Below, piece after piece: positions 50,291-59,540 of a stretch of DNA of 64,000 bases. The position numbers and the translations under genes are program-made. The notes below the pieces were generated by a model. That model saw nothing but the letters and a program-made list of their open reading frames with translations. It was not told the origin of the DNA and did no database searches. Within the stretch, counting starts at the first letter, position 1; every line of letters starts with the position of its first letter. The DNA is from an uncultured virus (IMG/VR IMGVR_UViG_3300026522_000616) (taxonomy: Duplodnaviria; Heunggongvirae; Uroviricota; Caudoviricetes): the IMG/VR virus record IMGVR_UViG_3300026522_000616, one strand, 5' to 3'.

Positions 50291-51679
50291 ATGAAGAAAC
50301 TTACATCTGAGCAGAAAATGACAAAAGCCAAAAATATTATCATTACTGATTATCCGTTTTTCTCCATTCTCATGCTTAAAATGAAGATTGTTGAAAACAA
50401 AAATCAGCCAACGATGTGTACTGATGGTAATAAAATCATGTATAATCCATCGTTTGTTGATAGTATAGAAATTGGTGAGGTCGTTTTCGTTCTCATCCAT
50501 GAGGTTATGCATTGTGCATTGGGACACCTTTGGCGTAGAGATAGCCGTGATATGACGCTTTGGAATTTTGCTACAGATTTTGCAGTTAATTCTATTATCA
50601 AAACTGCTGCAAATGCTTACTATCAGCAAAATTCTCGTATGTTTGGTGGTGCGCTAACTGTTGAAGTAAAAATGCCAGAAGGTTGCCTTTTTAATGAAGA
50701 TTTTGAAAACAAATCCGCAGAAGAAATTTATAACATTCTGAAGAAAAAGGCAAAAAAGTCTAAACAGAGTGGTAGGCAGGGGCAAGGTAAAAACAAACAG
50801 TCTAATGGTAGTAGTGGTTCTTCTTCAAGTAGTAAAGGCAAAAACGGAAATAAGAACAACTCCAATAACGGAAGTGGGCAGACGCAAAATCAGAATGAAA
50901 ATGGTTCTAATAATAGTTCCATTACCTATGATGGAAAACAGTATAACGCTCCGCAGAACCATAAATCATGGGAGAAAGAAGATAAATCTTCTACGAATAA
51001 TAAGACTCAGCAAAAAATTAAGTGGGAAGGTAATCTTCTTTCTGCAGCAGAAATTGCTAAGAAACAGGGTGTTGGCGTTCTCGGTATGGAACGTGTAATT
51101 AATGAGATTAAGCATCCGCAGAAGAATTGGCGTGTATTGTTGCAAGATTTCATTCAGGAAGAATTTAACGACTATTCCATGATGCCTCCTGATAAGCGTT
51201 ATGAAAGCGACTTCTTCATGTTTGACTTCAATGATACTATTGAGGTTGTCAATGATATTTTGTTCTTTGTTGATACGTCAGGTTCAATGGGTATAAAAGA
51301 AATGAATATGTGCTATTCTGAAATTCAGGGTGCAATTAACCAATTCAAAGCACATCTTCATGGTAAACTTTTGTTCTTTGATAGTGATGTAGATAAACAC
51401 ATTTACGATTTTGATGAACATGAAGGTGATATTTCCGACCTAGTTCCTTATGGTGGTGGCGGTACGTCCTATGATTGTATCTTTGATTTTATTGAAAATA
51501 ATCAGGATAAATTTGACAACATCAATGGTGTGATTATTCTTACTGATGGGTATTGTGATTATCCACCAATTGAAAAAACGAATGGGTTGCCTGTACTTTG
51601 GATTTACACAACTCCTAACAACAAACCGCCTTTTGGTAAGAGTGCTACTCTTGACGCAGATGAATTTGAAGATGAATAA
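50291..51679 (+). CDS. DUF2201-type metallopeptidase-like + VWA protein (MoxR partner)
   Basis: HEVMH, low-complexity linker, MIDAS DTSGS, GGGT, LTDG. Confidence 0.88.
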   Translation: MKKLTSEQKMTKAKNIIITDYPFFSILMLKMKIVENKNQPTMCTDGNKIMYNPSFVDSIEIGEVVFVLIHEVMHCALGHLWRRDSRDMTLWNFATDFAVNSIIKTAANAYYQQNSRMFGGALTVEVKMPEGCLFNEDFENKSAEEIYNILKKKAKKSKQSGRQGQGKNKQSNGSSGSSSSSKGKNGNKNNSNNGSGQTQNQNENGSNNSSITYDGKQYNAPQNHKSWEKEDKSSTNNKTQQKIKWEGNLLSAAEIAKKQGVGVLGMERVINEIKHPQKNWRVLLQDFIQEEFNDYSMMPPDKRYESDFFMFDFNDTIEVVNDILFFVDTSGSMGIKEMNMCYSEIQGAINQFKAHLHGKLLFFDSDVDKHIYDFDEHEGDISDLVPYGGGGTSYDCIFDFIENNQDKFDNINGVIILTDGYCDYPPIEKTNGLPVLWIYTTPNNKPPFGKSATLDADEFEDE

Positions 51680-51732
51680 TCTTCATTTCAAATAACAATG
51701 AATAGTGGGGGATAAAAATATCTCCCTATGTA

Positions 51733-52035
51733 TTGGAGGAAAATACCATGTCTAAAATGAAGAAAATCCGTTGTGCCTATGAATTTTTTAACTGTGATGA
51801 AAATCGTACACACACTTCTATGAATCCGCTTTATGAGCAGAATGTATATCGTGATACTCGTGATAGTCGTAGGAAACTATGGAAACGCATTAAAACGGAA
51901 TATGAAAATCATAACATTGTAATTGATGAAAAGAATATGAATACCGTTCGTAAGATGATTATGGAGGATTCTCCTAGTAAAGTGAATGACTATATGAAAT
52001 ATGGTATCATTTTGGAGAAAACGATGATGGATTGA
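51733..52035 (+). CDS. hypothetical protein
   Basis: ORF. Confidence 0.65.
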   Translation: MEENTMSKMKKIRCAYEFFNCDENRTHTSMNPLYEQNVYRDTRDSRRKLWKRIKTEYENHNIVIDEKNMNTVRKMIMEDSPSKVNDYMKYGIILEKTMMD

Positions 52036-52041
52036 TTGTAG

Positions 52042-52407
52042 GTGAGTATGATGAACGTTGTAGCTAATAAACATGAACAGAAACGAAATGAATTGATTCG
52101 TCTACTCAAAACTTGTATGGACAAGGACAATCATATTGACATTGGACAGTTTCGTAGTGTATATCGAAAAGAGTATGGTCTATTGAGCCATTACTTTGGA
52201 AATATCAGTAATGCCATTCAAGCAGCTGGTGGTATCAAAGAAGTAAATGTTAAAAATAATGGTCATAAGACGTTGCGCAATAAATTGGCTTATGATATGA
52301 TTCAGGAGTATAGAAAACAACATAATACATTTGACGCTATTGCAAAGAAATATGGTGTGAGCAGGGAAGCAGTTAGCAAATTAAATCAGAAACTTTCAGA
52401 AGGATAA
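52042..52407 (+). CDS. HTH DNA-binding protein
   Basis: TFDAIAKKYGVSREAVSKL. Confidence 0.7.
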   Translation: MSMMNVVANKHEQKRNELIRLLKTCMDKDNHIDIGQFRSVYRKEYGLLSHYFGNISNAIQAAGGIKEVNVKNNGHKTLRNKLAYDMIQEYRKQHNTFDAIAKKYGVSREAVSKLNQKLSEG

Positions 52408-52542
52408 AATTTAATTTATAATATATTTCTTTTACGGCGGTAAAAATGTAATTGAATAAAAAGCAGTTAAATTGATTTCCACAAGCTAAATTTGACTGTT
52501 TTTTTTCTGTTTGATATAATATAGGAAAACAGAAAAGGAGTA

Positions 52543-53049
52543 TTGTTCATGTTTAAACGTATCGTTTTAGGGAAAGTTGACCTAAGTAATGTGCCGAATA
52601 AATATAGATGGTATACTGTTGTTACACAATTTAACTATGAAGCTAAGTATATTCAAAATGTAAAAGAAGCCGTTGAAGGTACGGAGTTGGAAAAATATAT
52701 TAGTGATTATTATATTCCAATTAAGTATACAAAAAAACAAGTTACGCTTGTTGATGGTACTAAAAAGGATAAAATTCATAAAGTAAAAGGTGCTTTTTCA
52801 AACTATGTATTTATTAAATGTATTCTGACAGAGCGTATTTGGAATTTACTTAGAGGTACAACAGGTGTTGCAGTTATCCCAACTGTAGGTGGAATTCCAC
52901 AATGTCTTACACAATACGATATTGATAAAATTAAAGAGGAATATGCTCCTGAAGGATTTTCAGAAGAAGAACTAAAAAAACTAAATGAGAAACAAGCAAA
53001 ATATCATATGTTTGATACTACAATTGAGGGAGATTTAGTCAATGAGTAA
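52543..53049 (+). CDS. NusG-family protein, NGN domain only
   Basis: WYTVVTQFNYE, YIP, FSNYVFIKC, W.LLRGTTGV; no KOW domain. Confidence 0.8.
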   Translation: MFMFKRIVLGKVDLSNVPNKYRWYTVVTQFNYEAKYIQNVKEAVEGTELEKYISDYYIPIKYTKKQVTLVDGTKKDKIHKVKGAFSNYVFIKCILTERIWNLLRGTTGVAVIPTVGGIPQCLTQYDIDKIKEEYAPEGFSEEELKKLNEKQAKYHMFDTTIEGDLVNE

Positions 53050-53593
53050 TGTTTATACAATTAAATTGGACGTTAAACAAAATGATTTTTATCGTTATGT
53101 TATACATTCAAATTATTATGATTCTGATGATTTAAATATTTCTGCATTGGTTATTAAAAATGAGTTGATGAAACAACTTGATTTTATGAGTGGTGTAGAT
53201 ACAAAAATTAAATTACGTGTATTACATTCTGATACATATAATGTATATATTGTATTTGATTTCGTGAATAAAGACGTGTTTTATGAAACAGAATATTCAA
53301 GTAAAGAGAATACAAATTGGGTTGCACTTGTGAATTTTTCACAGGAAAATAAAAATCATATTAGTGTAATTGAAGTAGATGAAACTTGGTTCGCAAGTCA
53401 TGTTGAAAAACCAACAAAATTGATTGTATCTATGTATTACAATGAGATTGTAAAGTTTATTCAAGAATCTTGTATGGAACTTCAACGTGCAAAAACGTTT
53501 GTAGATGATATTGTTGCAAACGTGAAAAAGAATATAGAAAAAGAAACTAAAGAAAACATTCAAAATGATGTTGACAAAACAGATAAAGAATGA
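53042..53593 (+). CDS. hypothetical protein
   Basis: ORF. Confidence 0.65.
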   Translation: MSNVYTIKLDVKQNDFYRYVIHSNYYDSDDLNISALVIKNELMKQLDFMSGVDTKIKLRVLHSDTYNVYIVFDFVNKDVFYETEYSSKENTNWVALVNFSQENKNHISVIEVDETWFASHVEKPTKLIVSMYYNEIVKFIQESCMELQRAKTFVDDIVANVKKNIEKETKENIQNDVDKTDKE

Positions 53594-53636
53594 TATACTA
53601 TATGTATAAAGAAAACATCTATGGAGGATATTAACT

Positions 53637-54158
53637 ATGGAAAATCAGAATTATAATGACATTATGGAGATTATCAATAAGCATGTTGACCAGTTGAAAA
53701 GCATTGAGTTCAATACGATTATGGATTATATTAGCAAATATGAAATGAAAAAAGAAAAGGAATACGAGCAGAAGCAAAAGGATTTTGTTCCATCTATTCC
53801 AAATGATAAAGTAGTTCTTTCTGCAAATGTATTTAGCAAACTTGTTAATTTCGTAGCAGTAAAAGAAAACGAAGATGATTCTTACAAGGGATTTCTTAAT
53901 GAAATGCTTGAAGATGTAAAAAAGAACCGTTCAGCATTTGAGAAAGCAATTAAACCTTCTATTTCTAATAACACAGTTAATACAGATAAAACGAATACGA
54001 GTTCGGATAAAGTTCGTCCTCGTTTGAGTTCGTGGGAATATCCAAAACATAATCATCAGAAATTCCATAATCTTTTCAGAGAAGCATTTAATGAAAAAGA
54101 TATGAATGAAATGAGTGATTATATCAATGCTATGTTGAATGTGATGAATGAAAAATGA
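53637..54158 (+). CDS. hypothetical protein
   Basis: RBS GGAGG, upstream promoter. Confidence 0.7.
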   Translation: MENQNYNDIMEIINKHVDQLKSIEFNTIMDYISKYEMKKEKEYEQKQKDFVPSIPNDKVVLSANVFSKLVNFVAVKENEDDSYKGFLNEMLEDVKKNRSAFEKAIKPSISNNTVNTDKTNTSSDKVRPRLSSWEYPKHNHQKFHNLFREAFNEKDMNEMSDYINAMLNVMNEK

Positions 54159-54426
54159 ATAATCCAAATGAATTCGCCATTCGCTTAGCACAAAAACAAA
54201 GAGACGAAGTAAATAAAAAAATTCTTGAAATTGAATTAAAGGAAGAAAATGTCCCAATACTTAAAAAATTGTTCAAACAGTATTATCAAGCAAATCAAGA
54301 ATTAAAAAAATATAATATGTAAAAAGTATATGGTAGGACGATTCATGCCATATTTTATCGGTTAAAATGTGCATAAAATACACTTTTGTACACATTTGTA
54401 TATGCTTTTAGAAAGGAGAGAATATC

Positions 54427-54807
54427 ATGGGGCTTGACCAATATGCATTTATTGTAAAAAATAAAGCAGTTATTAATCGTTTTGAATACAATCAAGACTA
54501 TAAACATGATGAAATTTTTGGTTGTGGAAAGAATAGATTTCTCCATAACTGGATGGAAAATCTATACAAGTCTCTTGGTGGGAAAGATGAATTTAATATG
54601 AAGATTGTTCAAGTTCTTCCAGAAGATATTGATAGGCTAGAAGAAGATACAAAAAGCGGTAAAATTAAAGAGTATGATAAGCCAGGATTCTTTTGGGGAG
54701 ATAGACCATTTGGAGATTATGAATATAGTTCAATTATGGATTTTTGCGAAGAGGCTAGAGAGGAGTTCAAAAAAGGCAACGCTATATTCTATGAAAGCTG
54801 GTACTGA
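54427..54807 (+). CDS. conserved-looking phage hypothetical protein
   Basis: MGLDQY..LHNWMENL..GFFWG..FYESW. Confidence 0.75.
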   Translation: MGLDQYAFIVKNKAVINRFEYNQDYKHDEIFGCGKNRFLHNWMENLYKSLGGKDEFNMKIVQVLPEDIDRLEEDTKSGKIKEYDKPGFFWGDRPFGDYEYSSIMDFCEEAREEFKKGNAIFYESWY

Positions 54808-54895
54808 CATATTATTCAATGGAGATAAAAAATGGCAACTAATTTTAACTAATAAAATTTTAATGTGAATGGGAGGTGAAATTCCTCCCATTTTG

Positions 54896-55016
54896 TGTTA
54901 TAATGTTGTGTAAGACGTAAAAAGGTATGGCTACGCCATACCTCATGCGGTTTCACCGCATACGCTACGGTCAAAGAAATAGGAATCCCACACCTCTTTA
55001 GGTGGTGGGATGTCAA
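54896..55016 (+). ncRNA. orphan TnpB-type omega-RNA / IS200-IS605 right end with own extended -10 promoter
   Basis: TGTTATAAT, GTAAGAC, two hairpins, CGGTC, terminal hairpin TCCCACACCT/AGGTGGTGGGA ending GTCAA. Confidence 0.65.
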
Positions 55017-55028
55017 TAGGAGATTATT

Positions 55029-55607
55029 ATGAACAATTATTTAATTGATGAAAAATGGATACAAAATAACAATATACGTTTATATAAAGCATTTGATATT
55101 TATAAAAAAAATAATAATAATGAAGATGTGTTTATGTTTTTTTTAGAAACACTTCAAGCGTTAGTAAATGAAAAAGTTTCTATGTTTGGTTGCCGTGTAA
55201 AATGTGATAATTTTTATTGTGAATATAATGTAAAACAAAATATTTATGATATTCATGTTATTACTGATATTGTATCTGATACACAACAACTTGTTTTAAG
55301 TGAATTTGACTTTCATATGTTTTATCCTGTAGATAAAGTAGATATTGAAAACTTACAACAATTTAGTAAAGAATTAATTGAATGTACATTTAATGGTTTT
55401 TTAATTACAGTATATGAAAAAGAAGATATAATAAAGAAGTGCTATAAGTTTTTAAAATTTGAAAACCCACCTGTTTTTAAATATGAGTGTGATACTTGTC
55501 ACAAAGAATTTCATAGTGCAGATGAATTTTTACAACATTTAAAAGACACAAAACACAAAGATAGTATATATCAACAATTTGGTTATTGGGAAGGTGTTAA
55601 ATTGTAA
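55029..55607 (+). CDS. hypothetical protein with C2H2 zinc finger
   Basis: CDTCHKEF..FLQHLKDTKH. Confidence 0.7.
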   Translation: MNNYLIDEKWIQNNNIRLYKAFDIYKKNNNNEDVFMFFLETLQALVNEKVSMFGCRVKCDNFYCEYNVKQNIYDIHVITDIVSDTQQLVLSEFDFHMFYPVDKVDIENLQQFSKELIECTFNGFLITVYEKEDIIKKCYKFLKFENPPVFKYECDTCHKEFHSADEFLQHLKDTKHKDSIYQQFGYWEGVKL

Positions 55608-56092
55608 TGGCTTGGATATTTTTAGCTTATATTGCTTTTGTTGCATTAAATTTACATCACGCATATGCTAATTTCAGTACAAAAAGTGAACGTAAGAGTA
55701 AAGAAAAATTACAAGATACCATTAACCTATTCGATACGTTATTAAAACGAGAAAAAGGTATTCATACTACCTTATTCCAATCAGTTATGATTGTCGATTT
55801 GGCAGAAATAGCATTTAGTTTGTTTATGTGTTATGTAACATATTCAATTACAAATGCTATTTGGTTATTGCCTTGTTTTGTAATTATTTTATTTTTTACT
55901 TTCTTTGAAGTAAAAAGAATTAAACATTTCGTTGATAAAGTTAGCAATTATGATTTTGAACAAAATCCAATTGTATATATGACAAGATATATATCATATA
56001 TTAAAAGAAAAAATTACACGTTTATTACATATTATATGTATACAGGAATTGGCGTTTATGGCTTATTAAATTTTTTAAAAATGTGGTTATAA
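55607..56092 (+). CDS. membrane protein
   Basis: 3-4 hydrophobic segments. Confidence 0.65.
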   Translation: MAWIFLAYIAFVALNLHHAYANFSTKSERKSKEKLQDTINLFDTLLKREKGIHTTLFQSVMIVDLAEIAFSLFMCYVTYSITNAIWLLPCFVIILFFTFFEVKRIKHFVDKVSNYDFEQNPIVYMTRYISYIKRKNYTFITYYMYTGIGVYGLLNFLKMWL

Positions 56093-56138
56093 ATTATAAT
56101 ACTGTGTATATTATTTTTATAGATATTGATAAATTTTT

Positions 56139-56310
56139 TAGACACAATCAGCAATATTTTTTATACAGAACAATAATGATAACAGAGTCAATGATGACGA
56201 TTTTACACATTACGGTGCGGTTCGGCAAACGTTATGATTTTCTCCTCCCTTTATATATCCTCCTTTTATATAACAGGGTTAAACCTCCTAAGATAAATGT
56301 GCGTGTCTAG
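56139..56310 (+). ncRNA. putative Y-RNA-like small RNA 1
   Basis: closing stem TAGACAC/GTGTCTA, ATCAGCAA after the 5' arm, CCTCC-rich interior. Confidence 0.5.
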
Positions 56311-56320
56311 TATATATGTA

Positions 56321-56385
56321 AAGATTCTATCAGCAATTATTTGAAAAAATGTTTCTATGTAATCTACAGTTTTTTAAGAATCTTG
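56321..56385 (+). ncRNA. putative Y-RNA-like small RNA 2
   Basis: closing stem AAGATTCT/AGAATCTT, ATCAGCAA after the 5' arm. Confidence 0.5.
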
Positions 56386-56461
56386 TTTCCTCCTTTCTGT
56401 GATAGCATTTATCAATATCTCATGATAGACGGATGGCAAACAAAAAATACTCCTTTCGGGA

Positions 56462-56492
56462 AAAAGACGTAGCGAAATAGTTACGTCTTTTT
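56462..56492 (+). terminator. intrinsic terminator closing the non-coding cassette
   Basis: AAAAGACGTAGC/GTTACGTCTTTT. Confidence 0.75.
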
Positions 56493-56574
56493 CCTTGACA
56501 TTTTTATATTAAATTTATATATTATTAAAAACAAATACTTTTATATGTTTTATTAAATATTTTTCAAAAAACTG

Positions 56575-56603
56575 TTGACATATAAAAAACTATGTGATAT
56601 ACT
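56575..56603 (+). promoter_or_regulatory. sigmaA promoter of the DUF2828 gene
   Basis: TTGACA-N17-TATACT. Confidence 0.8.
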
Positions 56604-56650
56604 AAAAACAACAGTTAAACGAAACACAAATTGAAAGGAAAGATGCAATA

Positions 56651-58201
56651 ATGGATATTTTCAATGCTATGAAAAATACGCAGACGGTTGAAACGGAAAA
56701 CGGTGCTACGATGTTCGCTTCTAGCGGTAAGTCTATCGTTGACCTGAACTTCAAAGTTCCGCAGATGCGTGCAAATGCCATTAGGGGCAATAATAGCGTT
56801 AACTATGGGTTTTTTATGGACGCATATGATGAGAGTCCTGAATATGCGTTGCGTTGGCTTCTCTTTAGCCGTGATATTCGTGGCGGACTCGGAGAACGTG
56901 AAATTTTTCGTGGTTTGATTGTTGAAATTGCAAAACACGATTTGGAACTTGCTATGAAAATTGTCAAAGATATTCCTATTGAGGAATATGGTCGTTTTGA
57001 TGATATGATTGCAATTTACCCAAAAGTGAATAGTGCAATTCAAGCAATTATTGTGGAAAATATCTACAACCAGCTTAGAGAAGATATTGCTCTTATGAAA
57101 GAGGGAAAATCTATCTCTTTACTTGCAAAGTGGATGCCATCTATTAATACGTCATCGAAAGAGACTCGTGCGATTGCCAATATGCTTTGCAAGGAATTGC
57201 AACTGAAGCCTCGTCAGTATCGTAAACTCCTTGCAAAACTTCGCAAGTACTTGAATGTTGTCGAAGTCAACCTTTCTCGTAAATCTTACGATAAGATTGA
57301 TTATAGTGCCGTTCCTTCTAAGGCGAATATTATTTATCGTGATGCTTTCATGCGCCATGATGAAGAACGTCGCCAGAAATACTTGGATGACCTCTCTAAT
57401 GGCAAGGAGAAAATTAATGCCAATGCTATGTTCCTTTATGATATTGTTCATAACTATATGAACAATTCGCTTTGGGGTTATAAAAATGTTAAAAAGGAAG
57501 ATGCCACTTTGGAAGAATTGTGGAAAGCACAGGATAAAATTCCAATGGTAGCAGATACCTTGGTCGTTCGTGATGGTAGTGGCTCTATGACGGTTCAGCT
57601 CGAAAAAACAAGCGCAACCGCTCTTGACGTTGCTAATTCCATTTGTCTGTATTGTGCAGAAAACAATACTAAGGCATTTAAGAATAAGTTTATCACGTTT
57701 AGTTCTTCTCCTGAATTGGTAACACTTCATGGGAACACTCTCCATGATAGACTCGTGGAAACGTCACAGTTTGATGACTGTTCCAATACAGATTTGGAAA
57801 AGACGTTTGACCTCGTTCTAAAGGCAGCAATCAAGAATCATTTGACTCAGGAAGAACTTCCTGCAAATATTCTTATCATTAGTGACATGGAATTTGACTA
57901 CGCTCATGGTCGTTATGACTATTGGAGTGGAAAAAAATCTATGGACGATGAAGTGCTTATGGAGACGATTTCTAAAAAGTTTACTGATGCAGGATATAAA
58001 CTCCCACGCCTTGTATTTTGGAATGTTAATTCTCGTACAAGTGGTATTCCTCTCCAGCAGAACGAAAACGGTGTTGTTCTTGTGAGTGGCTTCTCTAAAA
58101 ATATCCTTGATATGGTTATTAGTGGAGAACTTGACCCTTGGAAAGCACTAAAAAAGGTTCTTGATAACTCACGCTATGACGTGGTTAAACAAGTCCTTTA
58201 A
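56651..58201 (+). CDS. DUF2828-family TROVE/Ro60-like + VWA protein
   Basis: TENGA, RDIRGGLGER, YGRFDD, LAKWMPS, YSAVPSKA, MIDAS DGSGSM, ISDMEFD, FWNV, SGFS. Confidence 0.85.
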   Translation: MDIFNAMKNTQTVETENGATMFASSGKSIVDLNFKVPQMRANAIRGNNSVNYGFFMDAYDESPEYALRWLLFSRDIRGGLGEREIFRGLIVEIAKHDLELAMKIVKDIPIEEYGRFDDMIAIYPKVNSAIQAIIVENIYNQLREDIALMKEGKSISLLAKWMPSINTSSKETRAIANMLCKELQLKPRQYRKLLAKLRKYLNVVEVNLSRKSYDKIDYSAVPSKANIIYRDAFMRHDEERRQKYLDDLSNGKEKINANAMFLYDIVHNYMNNSLWGYKNVKKEDATLEELWKAQDKIPMVADTLVVRDGSGSMTVQLEKTSATALDVANSICLYCAENNTKAFKNKFITFSSSPELVTLHGNTLHDRLVETSQFDDCSNTDLEKTFDLVLKAAIKNHLTQEELPANILIISDMEFDYAHGRYDYWSGKKSMDDEVLMETISKKFTDAGYKLPRLVFWNVNSRTSGIPLQQNENGVVLVSGFSKNILDMVISGELDPWKALKKVLDNSRYDVVKQVL

Positions 58202-58208
58202 TATAGTT

Positions 58209-58238
58209 AAAAGAGACACAAGGAAGTGTCTCTTTTTT
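58209..58238 (+). terminator. intrinsic terminator
   Basis: AAAAGAGACAC/GTGTCTCTTTT. Confidence 0.8.
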
Positions 58239-58279
58239 ATATGTGATAAAATGTCCATTATGGAATCAATATTATTATA

Positions 58280-58405
58280 CATGTTCATCTATAACCTTAT
58301 ATCTATCTATATATCTATCTAGTTCTCTATTTATTTATACATATATCTAGCTTTATACATATACATTTAATATAATGGTTCTATTTATACATCTATATCT
58401 TTTTA
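58280..58405. repeat. G-poor AT-rich repeat tract (ATCTAT, TTTATACAT)
   Basis: ATCTATCTATATATCTATCT, three TTTATACAT and two CTATTTAT copies. Confidence 0.5.
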
Positions 58406-58487
58406 AGATATATAATTAAACCTATTGACAAAATACATGAATGCATTATAATATAAGATAAAAAGAATTATATGGAGTGGACATAAA

Positions 58488-58733
58488 ATGACAATTTATT
58501 TATTTATGATTTTACTTGTTATATTATGTTTGTATTTAATCAATGATACATGGAAATATTTTAAAATAAGGAAAACGGATATCAAAGGAAGTCGTATAGA
58601 ATTATACTATATTTTCTGTTTAACGAGCATTATTTTATCTAGTATATCCAAACTAATTTTATTAGGATATACTATGGTTAATGGGATAGCATTAATTTTA
58701 TTTATAATTAGTATAATTAAAGGTACAAGATAA
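58488..58733 (+). CDS. small membrane protein
   Basis: three hydrophobic segments. Confidence 0.6.
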   Translation: MTIYLFMILLVILCLYLINDTWKYFKIRKTDIKGSRIELYYIFCLTSIILSSISKLILLGYTMVNGIALILFIISIIKGTR

Positions 58734-58901
58734 TATAGAAAAAATAGAAAAATTAAAAGGGAAAGCGTTATCAGAGTATAATGAACTATACTGTAATAGA
58801 TATATAGAACGATTATTTTAAATTGGATTGAGCAACGACTATAAATCGTTGCTTTTTATATATAAAAATTAAAACCAAACTATTGACAAATAAGATAAAA
58901 G

Positions 58902-59486
58902 ATGATACAATATAAGTATAAAAAAGGAATATGCGTTATGGAGGAGGTAAATAAAATGAAGAAAGTACTGTTGATTATGACAATGATTATGGCATTCAGT
59001 TTTGGCAATTGTTTTGCGAGTCAGGTACAGGTATCAGATGAAGGTGCGTATAATGTCTATCAAAAAGTAATTAATACGATGGTAGCAAAAGGAGAAAATA
59101 GGAATATTGGTAATCTAGTGCAAAGTGGGAAGTCGGATAATGGATTATATGACATTTGGCTATTTCAGACGAATGGAGTAGTAGAAATGTTTTGGGTCAA
59201 TGGAGCGGGATATGTATCTATTGTACAGATTGTAACAGATAGTAGTTATGAAAGCAAACGAAATCTTGCTAGTAGAATGTATTTGTATACATTGAGTGCA
59301 TTAAATTTAACGTATAATGATGTAACGAATCAATTGAATCATTTAAATCAGGTAAATATGAATATGGCTATTTCAAAGCCAACGTGGTCATATGGAGCAA
59401 ATAGATACATTCATACTATTATGTTTTCAGGAAAAAATACGTTTCAGTATATGGTAATAGCTTCCGATGATGGGAATGCGAAATAA
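58902..59486 (+). CDS. exported protein (start probably MKKVLL)
   Basis: RBS GGAGG, signal peptide ending CFA. Confidence 0.7.
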   Translation: MIQYKYKKGICVMEEVNKMKKVLLIMTMIMAFSFGNCFASQVQVSDEGAYNVYQKVINTMVAKGENRNIGNLVQSGKSDNGLYDIWLFQTNGVVEMFWVNGAGYVSIVQIVTDSSYESKRNLASRMYLYTLSALNLTYNDVTNQLNHLNQVNMNMAISKPTWSYGANRYIHTIMFSGKNTFQYMVIASDDGNAK

Positions 59487-59540
59487 ATAATTTAGGAAGA
59501 TATTTATATATCTTCCTTTTTTATAGAAAGGAGCATAAAA

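Noticed and set aside
50760..50925. Ser/Asn/Gly low-complexity stretch as a repeat element
   Set aside because: Ordinary disordered linker typical of DUF2201 proteins
56083..56310. 75 aa ORF over the putative RNA cassette
   Set aside because: No RBS, overlaps the previous stop codon, atypical composition; better explained as non-coding
56241..56458. Minus-strand Shine-Dalgarno sites for small genes
   Set aside because: No suitably spaced ATG; at best a 7-codon TTG frame
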